DNA of 63,719 nucleotides, counting the filler, from Octopus bimaculoides (taxonomy: Eukaryota), in NCBI RefSeq assembly GCF_001194135.2. It is 5 parts of 5 records of this genome, joined end to end, with 100 filler letters (N's around TTAATTAATTAA, not from the genome) between each part and the next. Parts side by side here need not be neighbours in the genome. Positions count along the whole stretch, not along the records: positions 11,888 to 38,711 come from NC_068984.1; 4 more parts are not named here. One strand, 5' to 3'. Positions 13,263 to 25,420 of this stretch are shown here, piece by piece. How positions within the stretch are numbered: the first letter of the stretch is position 1; each line of letters starts with the position of its first letter. The notes under the pieces were generated by a model. That model was given only the letters and a program-made list of their open reading frames with translations. It made no database searches and was not told where the DNA came from. Position numbers and translations under genes: made by a program.

Positions 13263-13310
13263 ATTCAAAAGCATACCGGTTTCGTAATGTTACTAATCAT
13301 TGCTTTGAAT
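13263..13310 (-). ncRNA. Degenerate minimal type I hammerhead ribozyme at the PLE 3' end
   Basis: Minus strand attcaaagca-ATGATTA-gtaacattac-GAA-ACCGGT-A-tgcttttgaat. Stem I is 10 bp with one bulge, stem II is gtaa/ttac, and the stem III region is the palindrome ACCGGT. The core differs from CTGANGA at two positions. Confidence 0.65.
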
Positions 13311-16300
13311 GCACACCGATTACTGAACGGTGTCAGGTCTATTACTCCCTGAGTAAAAAGATTATGTATAATGGAGGTAAGTAGTTCTGGATTTGGTGCA
13401 ATTAGGGTAGATCTAGATCTGTAATGTCAATGGTGTATGGAATGTATTGGGGGTTAGTGGTATTAATTGAAAAGTTAGTAGTGTTCTGTATTATGTCATG
13501 TGTTCATATTTAGTGTGGAAGATATTTATTGATGAAAGTTGCCTCGTTATTCATTCTTTGTTGTATTGAGGTGTTCTGTGAACATTGATAGAAGGGAAAA
13601 ATTAGGAAATTAGGATTAAGATTCCTCGCACACCTTTTTATGTGTCCACTGACCTGTATCTGTCTGTATTGTGGGTGGCGGATTTGTTCTTTGTGGAGAG
13701 TGGTTCTTCGACGGAGTGATATTCCTGTTTGGCCAATATACCACACCCTAAGCATGTAATGGCATAGATAAGATTTTCCGAGGCACAAGTGAAATTTGAT
13801 TTAATCTTAAATATTTCACCTTGTTTAAAGTGGAACTCTGAACCCTCCAAAAGGTGGGGGCAAGTACCACAGTTAGGTTGACCACATTTTTTCACTTTTG
13901 GTTCTGTTGTTAATGGATATAGTCTTGCGCTGGTTAATATTTTTTCAATCATTTAGGTTACATTTTGCTTTTGATAATTTTGTGTGAGCCTAAAATTTTG
14001 TTCATTGTTTTATCTTTTGTGAGGATGGGTAGATTTTGGATGATAATGTTAATGGCTTCGTTGTTTCTAGGGTTATGTGTGGAGATGTATGGGAGTATTT
14101 TTAAGTTTGGTTTAGTATTTCAGTTGACTTCCCTTAATGCTCGTATGTCTACTTCCTTAGATCGTTTAATTCCATCATTTATTAATGATATTGGGTAATG
14201 TCTTTTGATTAGAATTGATCTGAGTTCAAGGAGTCTTCGTTCACGAGTATAGGTGTCCGAAACTATGGTACAAATTTTTTTCGCTAGATTATAAGGTATA
14301 TTAATTTTTATGTGTTTGGCGTGGCATGAATTGAATAATAGGTACTGTTTAGAATCTGTGGGTTTATAGAAGATATCTGTTTCGATGTGGTTATTGACTA
14401 TTATAATTAGGATGTCAAGAAAAGGGAGTTGTTTGTTGCTGTGCTCCATGGTGAATTGTATGTTGCTATTAATATTGTTGAGCATTATTTTGAAATCGAG
14501 GAGTTTGTCCATGCTGTCTTTCCAAAGCATAAATCAATCGTCCAAATACCTCTTCCAGTTCTCCTTTAAATAATAATGAAAAGAAGTACCATATTTTTGT
14601 AGTGATGATTGATATATTTTAAGCTCTAGGTAACCCATTACAAGGTTCGCAATCACTGGAGCAGCCCGGGTTCCCATTGCAATTCCACATTTTCTGTCGA
14701 TAGTAAACTGTATCGAACATGAAATAGTTGTTCAGTAGGATGAATTTGAGTGCTGCGATTATGAATCTGTGGTTGATGCGTCCTGGGATTTCTTGTGGGT
14801 ATTTTTCTAGCCAGAAGGTGATCGCTTCTATACCATAATCGTATAGGATGTTGGTGTACAAATTCACCACATCGAATGATACTAACAAGGTTCCGTTATT
14901 TATTGTCTTCGGGAGGTGGTTAAGCATGTCTAAGTCATCCCTGATGAAGCTTTTCACATATTTTAGTAAGAAGGTTTGAGTAAGATGTCGAGGAAGTAGC
15001 TCAAACGGTGGGCTTCACAAGCAGGACCAGCAATGATGGGTCTCAGTTTGAGGTCAGTAGGGGGAGGAACATTAATGTATAGGCTTGGAGAAACTTTGCA
15101 AGCTTTACAAATATGTGGATTTTTGTGTATTTTAGGTAATCCGTAGAATAGACTAGGTCTGTATTTAAAATTGGATAAATAGTCAATTTCATGTTTAGTG
15201 AGGCCCTTTCCATGTATTTGAAGTAAAAAAGGATAAGTTTTTAAGTGTCTTCTGTTGGTTGTATTGTACTATCATCTCATAGTAAATATTATTTTCCAAC
15301 ATGGAGAGTATTAACTTTTTATAGTACTCTGTGTCCATCACCACTACCGCACTTCCTTTGTCGTCTTCTAGGTCTTCCATTCATTTACATTAAGGTTGGA
15401 TTTAATTCGTTGTTTTTGTAGGGTATTAAAAGGGAAACTGGTAATGTGTTCACAAAAGCATCAAGTGCTTTATTTCTGCCTTTTGTAGGGCATTATTCAC
15501 TTTTGTTTTTTACTATTGAGTCATCTTCGCTGGTGTAGTTGTGAAGTGCTTCTGTGAGGTGTAATTTTTGGCAGAAATCCATAGTGTTATCCTTAATTTC
15601 ATTCGGGTTCGATCTGCGAGGGGTTGGAGTAAACTTTAAACCTCTTGCTAGAATTTTAGTTTGTGTAATACTTAGGATTTTCTTTGATAAGTTGATTATT
15701 TTCAGTTGTTCTTGTACATTTTCTTCCATTTCACATCTCTGTTTCTCTGATTTAGATCTAAAAAAATGGTTGTAGTTGGTGGATTGTTGTAGAAAGTCTG
15801 TATTGTGTTTGGTTTGCTGAGGAGAAAGTGGGTGGAAAGTATGTTTGTGGTGGAGTGACTGTGTAACAGGCTAGATTATGGTTGTATAGAGGGTTGTTAT
15901 ATTGTCTATGGTTGATGTGGTTTGGGTTGAATTTATTTTTAACATTGTAATGTGGGTGGAGGGAGAAGTTATGTTGTCTAGTTAGGTTGTGTCTAGTTGA
16001 ATGATTGAAGTAACCATGTTGAGGGTTAAGTCTCGGAGGTAAATTCTTCCATTTATTGTGAGATGATGGGGGTGGATTTGTAGGTATTGGTTCCCAAAAG
16101 TTTAGTCTGGAGGTTTCGATGGAACTTTGATTTTTATGTAGGATGCGATGAGGATTACGTCCAGATTTTCTATTGTGGGCTGAATTGCTGAGTGTTGTTT
16201 GTAAGTTATTTTGGGGTGTAAGAGAGGTTAGGTCGATGGAGTTGTGTCCCCTAGATCGTCTGTGGTTTGTGTTAGATAAGCGTGGGTTCATTTCTGTGTA

Positions 16301-16490
16301 TGTTTTTGGTTTATTTTTCTTCAGGAAGAGGTTATCCGATGCGTATTCTATGTTGAACTGTGTTTCGTAGTTAATAAAGAAATTGGCTTGTCTTTCCCAG
16401 CGTTGTAGGGAGTTTGTTTCTTCAGCTTCACAAGTTGTTTTCAACAATTTAAAAAACACTTTGCAAGCGTTGACCATCTGAATGTTTCTT
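13263..16490 (-). mobile_element. Near full-length, frameshifted Penelope-like element (RT plus C-terminal GIY-YIG, Neptune-like Cys linker)
   Basis: INLSKKILSITQTKILARGLKFTPTP; DDKGSAVVVMD; LVSFDVVNLYTNI; GIAMGTRAAP; WKRYLDD; LPFLDILI...FYKPTD; linker KCGQPNCGTC...FTCASENLIYAITC; YIGQTGISLRRRTTLH. Confidence 0.93.
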
Positions 16491-16688
16491 TAGTTCGTTT
16501 ATTCAANNNNNNNNNNNNNNNNNNNNNNNNNNNNNNNNNNNNNNNNNNNNNNNNNNNNNNNNNNNNNNNNNNNNNNNNNNNNNNNNNNNNNNNNNNNNNN
16601 NNNNNNNNNNNNNNNNNNNNNNNNNNNNNNNNNNNNNNNNNNNNNNNNNNNNNNNNNNNNNNNNNNNNNNNNNNNNNNNNNNNNNNNN

Positions 16689-16729
<41 letters not shown>

Positions 16730-16836
16730 GTGCGTGCGTACGCGCGCGCGTGTGTGTTGACTGCGAGGCATGTCTTCTGTTTACAACACTCTTACTGTTC
16801 ATCATTGAGTGTCTACAATGCAAACCCATTTTCCAG

Positions 16837-16964
16837 CCTTCAAGCCAAGTTCACCTTTAGCCTCACCCGCCAAATAACACAACAGCTCATGAAGAACAAT
16901 GATACTTCTAACAATAAGGTACCACAGCTAAAAGACATTCTGAGAGAAAATCAACAAAATAAAG
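16837..16964 (+). CDS. Putative internal exon of an unidentified host gene (LQAKFTFSLTRQITQQLMKNNDTSNNKVPQLKDILRENQQNK)
   Basis: ccattttccag acceptor and AAAG|gtgaga donor; 128 nt, open frame, ends in phase 1, matching the exon at 20298. Confidence 0.55.
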
Positions 16965-18537
16965 GTGAGAAATGTTTCGATCATTCGTGTACTCAATACA
17001 TTTTGTCTTTTGATGTACACTTTTTCTGCACGTACCTCTGTCCCACTAACATCTATCTATCTATCTATCTACTTACATACCTATCTATTATTAAAAAAAA
17101 AAAAACATATGTTCACAGTAAAACATATATCACCAGGAAAATGCGAGTGCAGGCGTGCTAGACAAGAAGTGGAAGCTTAAAAATATTGCAATGAAGCCGA
17201 AATATGAATAAAAACATCATTAAATATTTTAAAAAAATATAGTCTATCAGTTATGTATATTATGTATTGATAGAAAAGTATTTGAGAAAGTCTAATAATC
17301 TTGCTAATAAAACTTAAAGCTATTAAGTTATTTTTAACATAGATTTTCTAATGCATACTGTAATATGTTTAATGCATTCTTTTCTTAAAATACCTCAACT
17401 TCAATTATATTATTAAGCTGCCACTTTCTGCCCCTGACTTTTCTAAGTTCAATTATCTCTGCACATGTATTTTCCTGGTAGTCCACTTATTTTACAGGCA
17501 ACACAGTCTTAGTTATTAAAAATTAGTAAATTTATTAATAAATTTATTATAGATATTATTCAATAAATATGCATATAAAGTTTTATCACAATGAAAATTC
17601 ATATTCCAGTAAAAATTGATTCAAATAAAACTGATAGGAGAGTAAAAGTAATGCACGAGATAGCAAAGTAAAAATAATCAAATGCACATGAAGTAAGGAT
17701 TACTAGTTTGAACCTGTTTGCTTAAACATAAAACAAACTAGAAAATTATTAATGATGATATGGCAAAAACAAGCAATGAAGATGAAAATGAGAGAAAGAT
17801 AAATTATAAGATGAATTATAAAAAAATAAAGCTACAAATATAAGATCACAGAATATGAGAAAAAATTGTTATAGATGAGAAAAAAATGTTAATGATAAGA
17901 ATGATAAAAGTTAATTACAATAAAATTAAGCAATGGAAGGACTTTCAGAGGCTGTATGTACACATGTAGACTCTCATAGTCGTTTCTAAATCAATTTCTT
18001 TAACGACTCATTTTGTAAGTGATCACCCTTGATACTCGAAATGTGCCTATTTATAAGCTTTGTAAAGGGACGTTCTAGCAACTTCTACAAAGATGCATCA
18101 CATGATGTCCCGATGCTGATTGATCAATAACTCGGTCGACCATATGAAAAAGCTGTTACTAAGCCGTGATTTTAATTTGACAATTTGTCGATGCCGTTTC
18201 GAATCTTGCTAGAGTGGTTTTCAAAATTAGATTTCTCTCATTGAGCCCTTTCACTAAAGATGAAATTTTACAAAAATATTTAAAATGGAAAATGGTGCTT
18301 AGAAGTTGCACTCAGACATCATTCAATCATTTTTGAATGCACATATTTTATCGTAACTTCCTACTGAACCAATATTTCATAAATATATCTCAAAATGTAA
18401 TTGAGCATTGGTTCTTTTTAATGAACTTGACTGCATTTAATTGGTTTTGGATTGAATTAAGGAGAGTTGAATTCGCGAACGAATAAATATTAACTTTAAG
18501 AATATTGTTTAACCACTATATATTGTTTATATACTTA

Positions 18538-18765
18538 AGGCGGCGAGCTGGCGGAATCGTTAGCACGCCGTGCGAACTGCTTAGCGGTATTTCGTCTGCC
18601 ATTACGTTCTGAGTTCAAATTCCGCCGACGTCAACTTCGCCTTTCATCCTTTCGGGGTCGATTAAATAAGTTACGCACTGGGGTCGATGTGATCGACTTA
18701 ATCCCTTTCTCTGTCCTTGTTTGTTCCTTCTGTGTTTAGTCCTCTGTGGGCAATAAAGAAATATA
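18538..18765 (+). mobile_element. SINE family B
   Basis: aaggcggcgagctggcggaatcgttagcacgcc...gagttcaaattccgccg...ggcaataaagaaata. Confidence 0.85.
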
Positions 18766-18790
18766 TATACTTAAGCATACGCACGCGCGG

Positions 18791-18823
<33 letters not shown>

Positions 18824-18974
18824 ACGCACATATTCATGTGAGATAAATTTAAGTCATTTGAGTGAATCTGAGTAGACAGAAGCTGATTGCAGGATACCTC
18901 TAGTTCAAAGATCCATTCTTATACTAGTGACACGTAGATAGTATCCGAGAATTACATGTCCGTGGAATACTCTG

Positions 18975-19140
18975 CTACTAAGTATTCACCAAAAGAATCT
19001 CAGAAGGAGAATTTTGGAATGTCTTACAAATCTTCACTGTGCCATAAATAAATTGGATTTGGAGAATCCGTGTCAGTTTCTTTTGCTCTTCGAAAAGCCT
19101 AGTATTTCTAGGTTTTTGTAGTAAGTAATAAAGTGGATAC
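18975..19140 (-). mobile_element. RLE LINE C-terminal fragment
   Basis: KKLTRILQIQFIYGTVKICKTFQN matches the C-terminus shared by 57-470 and 50775-50890. Confidence 0.65.
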
Positions 19141-19439
19141 AAGAAAGATAATAGACAAGTAGACAAGTGTAATAGACAAGGGTGGTCAAGTCATGCTGGG
19201 GTGGATACGTAGGGAAAGCTAGAAATAGATGTCAGCAAGTAAAGAAAAGATTTAAAATTTGAGGGATAAAAAGGAAAGCCGCTTCTAGCCATTTTGAACA
19301 AGACAATCACATAACCACAACTTCAACTGCTGTTCAAACTGGAATTTTGGTGGCACACCTATTGAGCATTCAGAACGCATACCTGTTAGTTTAAGTTATC
19401 CTGATGAAAACCCCCTCATATACCCCCTCTCTCTCTCTC

Positions 19440-19492
<53 letters not shown>

Positions 19493-19562
19493 TGAGAAAA
19501 AAAGTCGTCAGAATTTTGGAAAAAAATCTATTATTATTAGCGCTATTGTTCGTTTCTCGAAC

Positions 19563-19612
19563 TTGTCAAATAGAATTTTGTGAATGTGTATTCACAAAAT
19601 TCTATTTGACAA
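19563..19612. repeat. Perfect hairpin: 23-bp arms, 4-nt loop
   Basis: ttgtcaaatagaattttgtgaat-gtgt-attcacaaaattctatttgacaa. Confidence 0.95.
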
Positions 19613-19948
19613 ATATGTGACAATTATTCGGTAGCCATGATAAAACTCCGAGTTTCGGATGTTGGGGCGGAAACCCACGTGGGTGTGCGGGCGCGCATGT
19701 GTATGCATGGACTGGTGCGCTTACGCGAATACTATAGACATTTTTACTCCCTCCCCTCACTTAGCGGTAATTCTAATACCTCTTTTGTCTTAATAACGGT
19801 CAACCACACAGTAATTTCCCGTTGTTTAACGGTCATTTTCATAGCATTTTTCAATGGCCAGGTAACTGAAGAGATGGCGGCGTGGGTTTCCGCCCCGGCA
19901 TCCGAAACTCGAAGTTTTATCATGGCTACCGAATAATTGTCTCATATT
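19612..19948. mobile_element. MITE with ~68-bp terminal inverted repeats
   Basis: 19612-19679 versus the reverse complement of 19881-19948 match at 64 of 68 positions. Can be read as TA|tgtgac...gtctca|TA (possible TA target duplication). No coding capacity. Confidence 0.8.
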
Positions 19949-20297
19949 ATTTACAGATAAATTCCTCTATTTACATAATATCGAGGTCTCTTTCTTTCTT
20001 TTGTTGTCTTTTCTATCAATATATATATATGTTTGCTTCGGTTTCTACTACTGGATGCCTTTTGTAACGCTAACTACTAAACGTACACACATACATACAT
20101 ACCTATATATGAATATGGATATGCATTGGGAATTTCTGTTTGCGCCTATGTCATGTACATACGTGGGAAATAAACTATTTTGTGCTACAGAATCAGTCTG
20201 CCTTGAATAGCAATGAACAATCGTGATTGTTTCATTATGTGAAACGGCCTTTAAGACCTCAAATGAAAAAAGACATCCATTTTATTTTCTTATATAG

Positions 20298-20512
20298 CAA
20301 AGAACGACTTACATTCGTCGAAAAGACATCATTCAAACAATCAGAACCAGAATCGAGGTGACGAAAAAGATACAACTGAGGGTGAAATTGTGGATTCAAC
20401 AGTTTCTGGTATGAATTATTCTGGAAGTGGAATGGATGCCGCCAGTGAAGATGTATTAGTGATGTCACAACAGAGAACAACGCCAATCTACGGCAGTGAT
20501 GACAAGATTCAA
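20298..20512 (+). CDS. Putative internal exon (KNDLHSSKRHHSNNQNQNRGDEKDTTEGEIVDSTVSG...TPIYGSDDKIQ)
   Basis: ttttattttcttatatag acceptor and CAA|gtaagg donor; 215 nt open frame, phase 1 in and phase 0 out. Absent from the ORF track. Confidence 0.65.
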
Positions 20513-20695
20513 GTAAGGAAGCATTTTCTTTATATTTTATAACTGTTGCTGAATGATAGAGTATCACGTGCATTTGGTAGTTCTATATCAACTGGAACTC
20601 ACTGTTTTGTAATGTGTCATCGAGTTGCGCTACATAGAATCGTTGATGCATACTACAGGTGGTTGAGATCTGTAATATCAACATCATTAACTGAA

Positions 20696-20699
20696 ATTA

Positions 20700-20760
<61 letters not shown>
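20696..20760. repeat. (ATT)n, i.e. the (TAA)n tail or target of the adjacent minus-strand LINE
   Basis: About 20 ATT units abutting the LINE 3' end. Confidence 0.9.
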
Positions 20761-23300
20761 ATTCAGTAATCTTATTTTTATCACGTGCTTTCACTGCACT
20801 ACCGAACGCAGCTTTGTGTGCCTTGGGTATGTACCGTATTTTGTTATGGTGCTCTTATTTTCACTGTACTGAAAGTGTTTGCGTGGGATGTGCGTGGTGT
20901 CTAGTACTGTTATTTTCTGTATGTTATATACATCTTTAAGTCCTGGTGTTTTGGTTATGTATTTGTCTGAATGTTGTTTTTTATCATACCTAATTCACCT
21001 ACTCTCACAGGAACTGTTTCTGTTTTTAGGCTCCACATTCGAGTTATCTCTATTTCCAGATCTTCGTATTTTGAGCATTTCCCCGTTTCTTTTAGAGATA
21101 CATTGTCATCTGTTGGTACTGATACATCGATTAAAAGGCATTTTTTTCCTTGGTGATTTCTGACAACTATATTCGGCCTATTAACCTTGATTTTTCTATT
21201 TGTGTGTATTGGCATATCTCAGAGTATGATTACTTTCTCATTTTCTGAGATCTATTCTAGGGTGTGTCTATACCACCTTTTCCTCATGTTATTCCATAGT
21301 GTTGGCATAACTTTCAGTGTATATAGGTCCCAACTCTGTCATGGTATTGGTATTTACGGCATAAGAGCCAATGAAGATACACACGCACTTTATCGTGGCG
21401 GCGCTTGTATTCCTTTTGTGCAAGGCTTTCACATCGACTTTCCAAGTGGGTCACACATTCCATACTCTTTCCACAGAATCTGCATTTCTGGGTGTCAGAA
21501 GTGTTATAGATGTTATATTACACTGAATTGATAGCGAGAGCCTAGTCTTGTAATGATCAGGCTTTCGGTGATACGCTTCAAATCATCTCGCTCAAGCCAT
21601 GCCCACGATGCTGTATTTTCCTTAACGTCTAGTGCATTCCTTTCAAACTGTCCATGCATTCTCATTTCAAGACGGTCTTCTTTTCTCTTCTCTTCATCTC
21701 TTTAGTTAAACTCTTCCTTGACCATCATTTCATCTGCATTTACACCCATATCTTTCGCGGCATATTGCAGCAAGTCTTCATCACTATTTATCAAATACTC
21801 AGCAAGCGTTCTCCTTCCACTTCTTATACAATGGTCTATACTAATTAGTCCTCTGCCATCATTCTTTCTTTTCATATACAGTCTGTTTACGTTTGCTTTA
21901 GGGTGTAGCACCCCATGCAGCGTCAACAACTTTCACGTCCTTCTATCCAGTGTTGATATTTCCTCCTTTGTCCATTTGAAGATGGATGCACTATATCTGA
22001 CCACCGCAACTGCTCAGGTATTTCATTGCAGTAATCAAAATTTTGGCATTCAGTTTGAATTTCAATACCATCTTCACCCTTTTTTGACACGCCTCGCTGA
22101 CCTTGACTTTCATTTCTCTGTGTAGAATGTCATCCAGCTCCAAAAATCTCTAAATATCTCTACCCACTACCGTCGGATTCACCCATTGTCTCTCCTGATG
22201 ATAACCGCAATCCTCTGCAGGATACTTTCTTCCCTCTTTTCATATTAAGTACTGAGCATTTGGTAATCCCAAATTCCATACCGATGTTCCTACCACACTT
22301 CTAGACTGTTTTGGTTAAGGAATCTGTTTTTCAGATTTCCCAAACAATTTCAGATCATCCATAAACAGAAGATGGGTCAGTGATGGGCCTTTCTTCCCAC
22401 ATCGGTAATCCATCTTAACTTTCCCAAGTGTCATTTTTATGGGTATTAGTGCAATTACAAAACGTAACGAAGAAAACTAGTTACTTTGGAAGATTCCCCT
22501 TTTAATATTAATTTCTCCAAGGAATACATTACTTGAGTACAATTTGGTTTTCCACTCTTTCATGCTATGCATCAGAAAATTTTTGATGTCAGCAACACCA
22601 AACATCTGCAGGTATTAAACGATCCAAGAATGAGGCATCATATTATATGCCTTCTTAAAGCCAAGCCAAGCCAGAGACATGTTTGTATGATGTTTTTTTA
22701 CAATACCTCAAAACTGTTTTATTGATGACCAGGTGATCCTTGGTAGCCTGAGAACTCTTCCTGCATCCTTTTTGTTTCCTTGGTAGTATTTCTTCCTGTG
22801 CCAGGAAAGTGTATGTCTTTTCCGCACATACTCCAGTGAGTATCTTCCATATTATATTTAGGCATGCTATGGGACGGTAGGTTCCCACAATATTTCCCTT
22901 TCTTCTCTTTCATTACAAGTGTTGTCCTCCTAGTTACCATCCAAGCGGGGACACATTCATTCAATTGGGCTGCTAGTCTTTCATGCACCGTGTGGCATCT
23001 CTTCAGCTAGAAGCCATGAATCCCATCTAGTCCGAGGGTTTTCCAGTTAGGCACTTTACCCACTTGTTCTTTCACGTCACCCGTACTTATGACAATATTC
23101 CTTTGTTTCTTTCCTCCTTGTAAATTTGTCTTGATCGTTCCTGTCCACATTGCATCCCTTTTATGCACCACATTGTTTGCCCATAAACGGCTCCAGAACT
23201 CCTTGGCTTGATTTGCACCAGGAGCAACATTTTCCCCATTGTCTCCTAACGTTCGGAAGAATTGCTTCAGGTTATTTTTGAAGAATCTTTTCTTCTCGAA
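20761..23300 (-). mobile_element. Decayed R4/Dong-like RLE LINE (RT, CCHC knuckle, endonuclease)
   Basis: YRPIACLNIIWKILTG; QKGC; THLLFMDDL; RLYMKRKNDGRGL; KCRFCGKSMECVTHLESRCESLAQKEYKRRHDKV; NRPNIVV...LIDVSVPTD...KCSKYEDL. Many stops and frameshifts. Confidence 0.9.
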
Positions 23301-23590
23301 CTGCATTTACACCCATATTGTTCGCAGCATATTGCAGCAGATCTTCATCACTATTTATCAAATACTCGGCAAGCGTTCTCCTTTCACTCCTTATACAATG
23401 ATCTATACTAATCAATCCTCTGCCACCATTCTTTCCTTTCATATACAATCTGTTTACGTTTGCACTATCTTTTGCGCTCCCTGCATGAATGGTAATACAG
23501 GGGTCATTCTCAACTAATTTTTAGTTCCTTTACTGGTCATTTCAAGTGCTCCCACAATCACTAGTTTTGTAACCGTCTTGAGAATAGGAG
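23296..23590 (-). mobile_element. Second, rearranged pieces of the same LINE family (post-RT segment and an RLE-tail-like segment)
   Basis: 23296-23465 is a diverged repeat of 21735-21905. 23514-23580 reads KTVTKLVIVGALEMTSKG, similar to KTETVPVRVGELGMIKN. Confidence 0.7.
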
Positions 23591-25109
23591 AAAAAGAAGC
23601 AGCTTGGTGAATAGACCAAATTCTACAGGTCTGTAAATACATTCGGCAGATGGTAAGGAGACCAGCAGTGGGCATTCCTGTGCGATAAGGAGACAAAAGA
23701 GGCCTCACACTCTTGAGGTCAGCAGAGGTCAAATGTGTTTACTACTACTAGCGATCAATGAGAGCGCNNNNNNNNNNTTTTCCCCATTGTCTCCTAACGT
23801 TCGGAAGAATTGCTTCAGGTTATTTTTGAAGAATCTTTTCTTCTCGAACTGCATTTACACCCATATTGTTCGCAGCATATTGCAGCAGATCTTCATCACT
23901 ATTTATCAAATACTCGGCAAGCGTTCTCCTTTCACTCCTTATACAATGATCTATACTAATCAATCCTCTGCCACCATTCTTTCCTTTCATATACAATCTG
24001 TTTANNNNNNNNNNNNNNNNNNNNNNNNNNNNNNNNNNNNNNNNNNNNNNNNNNNNNNNNNNNNNNNNNNNNNNNNNNNNNNNNNNNNNNNNNNNNNNNN
24101 NNNNNNNNNNNNNNNNNNNNNNNNNNNNNNNNNNNNNNNNNNNNNNNNNNNNNNNNNNNNNNNNNNNNNNNNNNNNNNNNNNNNNNNNNNNNNNNNNNNN
24201 NNNNNNNNNNNNNNNNNNNNNNNNNNNNNNNNNNNNNNNNNNNNNNNNNNNNNNNNNNNNNNNNNNNNNNNNNNNNNNNNNNNNNNNNNNNNNNNNNNNN
24301 NNNNNNNNNNNNNNNNNNNNNNNNNNNNNNNNNNNNNNNNNNNNNNNNNNNNNNNNNNNNNNNNNNNNNNNNNNNNNNNNNNNNNNNNNNNNNNNNNNNN
24401 NNNNNNNNNNNNNNNNNNNNNNNNNNNNNNNNNNNNNNNNNNNNNNNNNNNNNNNNNNNNNNNNNNNNNNNNNNNNNNNNNNNNNNNNNNNNNNNNNNNN
24501 NNNNNNNNNNNNNNNNNNNNNNNNNNNNNNNNNNNNNNNNNNNNNNNNNNNNNNNNNNNNNNNNNNNNNNNNNNNNNNNNNNNNNNNNNNNNNNNNNNNN
24601 NNNNNNNNNNNNNNNNNNNNNNNNNNNNNNNNNNNNNNNNNNNNNNNNNNNNNNNNNNNNNNNNNNNNNNNNNNNNNNNNNNNNNNNNNNNNNNNNNNNN
24701 NNNNNNNNNNNNNNNNNNNNNNNNNNNNNNNNNNNNNNNNNNNNNNNNNNNNNNNNNNNNNNNNNNNNNNNNNNNNNNNNNNNNNNNNNNNNNNNNNNNN
24801 NNNNNNNNNNNNNNNNNNNNNNNNNNNNNNNNNNNNNNNNNNNNNNNNNNNNNNNNNNNNNNNNNNNNNNNNNNNNNNNNNNNNNNNNNNNNNNNNNNNN
24901 NNNNNNNGCTCTAAATTCAAATCCTACCGAGGCTGGCTTTGCCTTTCAACCTTCTGGGTTCGATGAACTAAAGTACTTGTGAAGTAATGAATTCGATTTC
25001 ATCCACTTGCCACCTTCCCTAAAGTTCAGGCCTTGTTCCTGTATTAGAAACAATTATAATTGTGTAACAAAATTTTTATTCCATTTTGTTTTTGGTCAGT
25101 AAGTGTTAT

Positions 25110-25420
25110 TTCCTATTTGCTTCTATATAGAAATCAAAAGAAATGACTAGTATTCCCTTCAAACTTTGCTTTTGTGATCTGGACATCAATGTTTTGAAAC
25201 TGACCTATTTTCCATTATATTTCAAGACAGATTCAGCATCGAATTGCTGAAGCGGAAATATCGTAGTCGCAAATACTTGCTTGTCAGTTGCTTGACCTTA
25301 ACCACTTGAGCTTATTGTCACCCTTAATGGCTGAGAATATGTGCATCGCTGATCACGAACAGGAGTAGTTAGGGAGCATCATAGCCATGTGTTGAGAGGG
25401 ATTCTTTGGGGTTTGAATAT
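25110..25420 (+). repeat. Unclassified dispersed repeat (family D)
   Basis: Motif gtgcatc.ct..tcacga.caggagtag..g.gagcatcatagccatg recurs at about 5715-5780 and 9365-9430. Confidence 0.5.

Noticed and set aside
19200-19330. GIY-YIG-like fragment (GYVGKARNR...SHFEQDNH)
   Set aside because: Only a YVG triplet and a His spacing with an internal stop; could be chance.
23778-24004. Exact second copy of 23230-23455
   Set aside because: Identical sequence starting right after a 10-N gap; most likely a contig-overlap or haplotype artefact.
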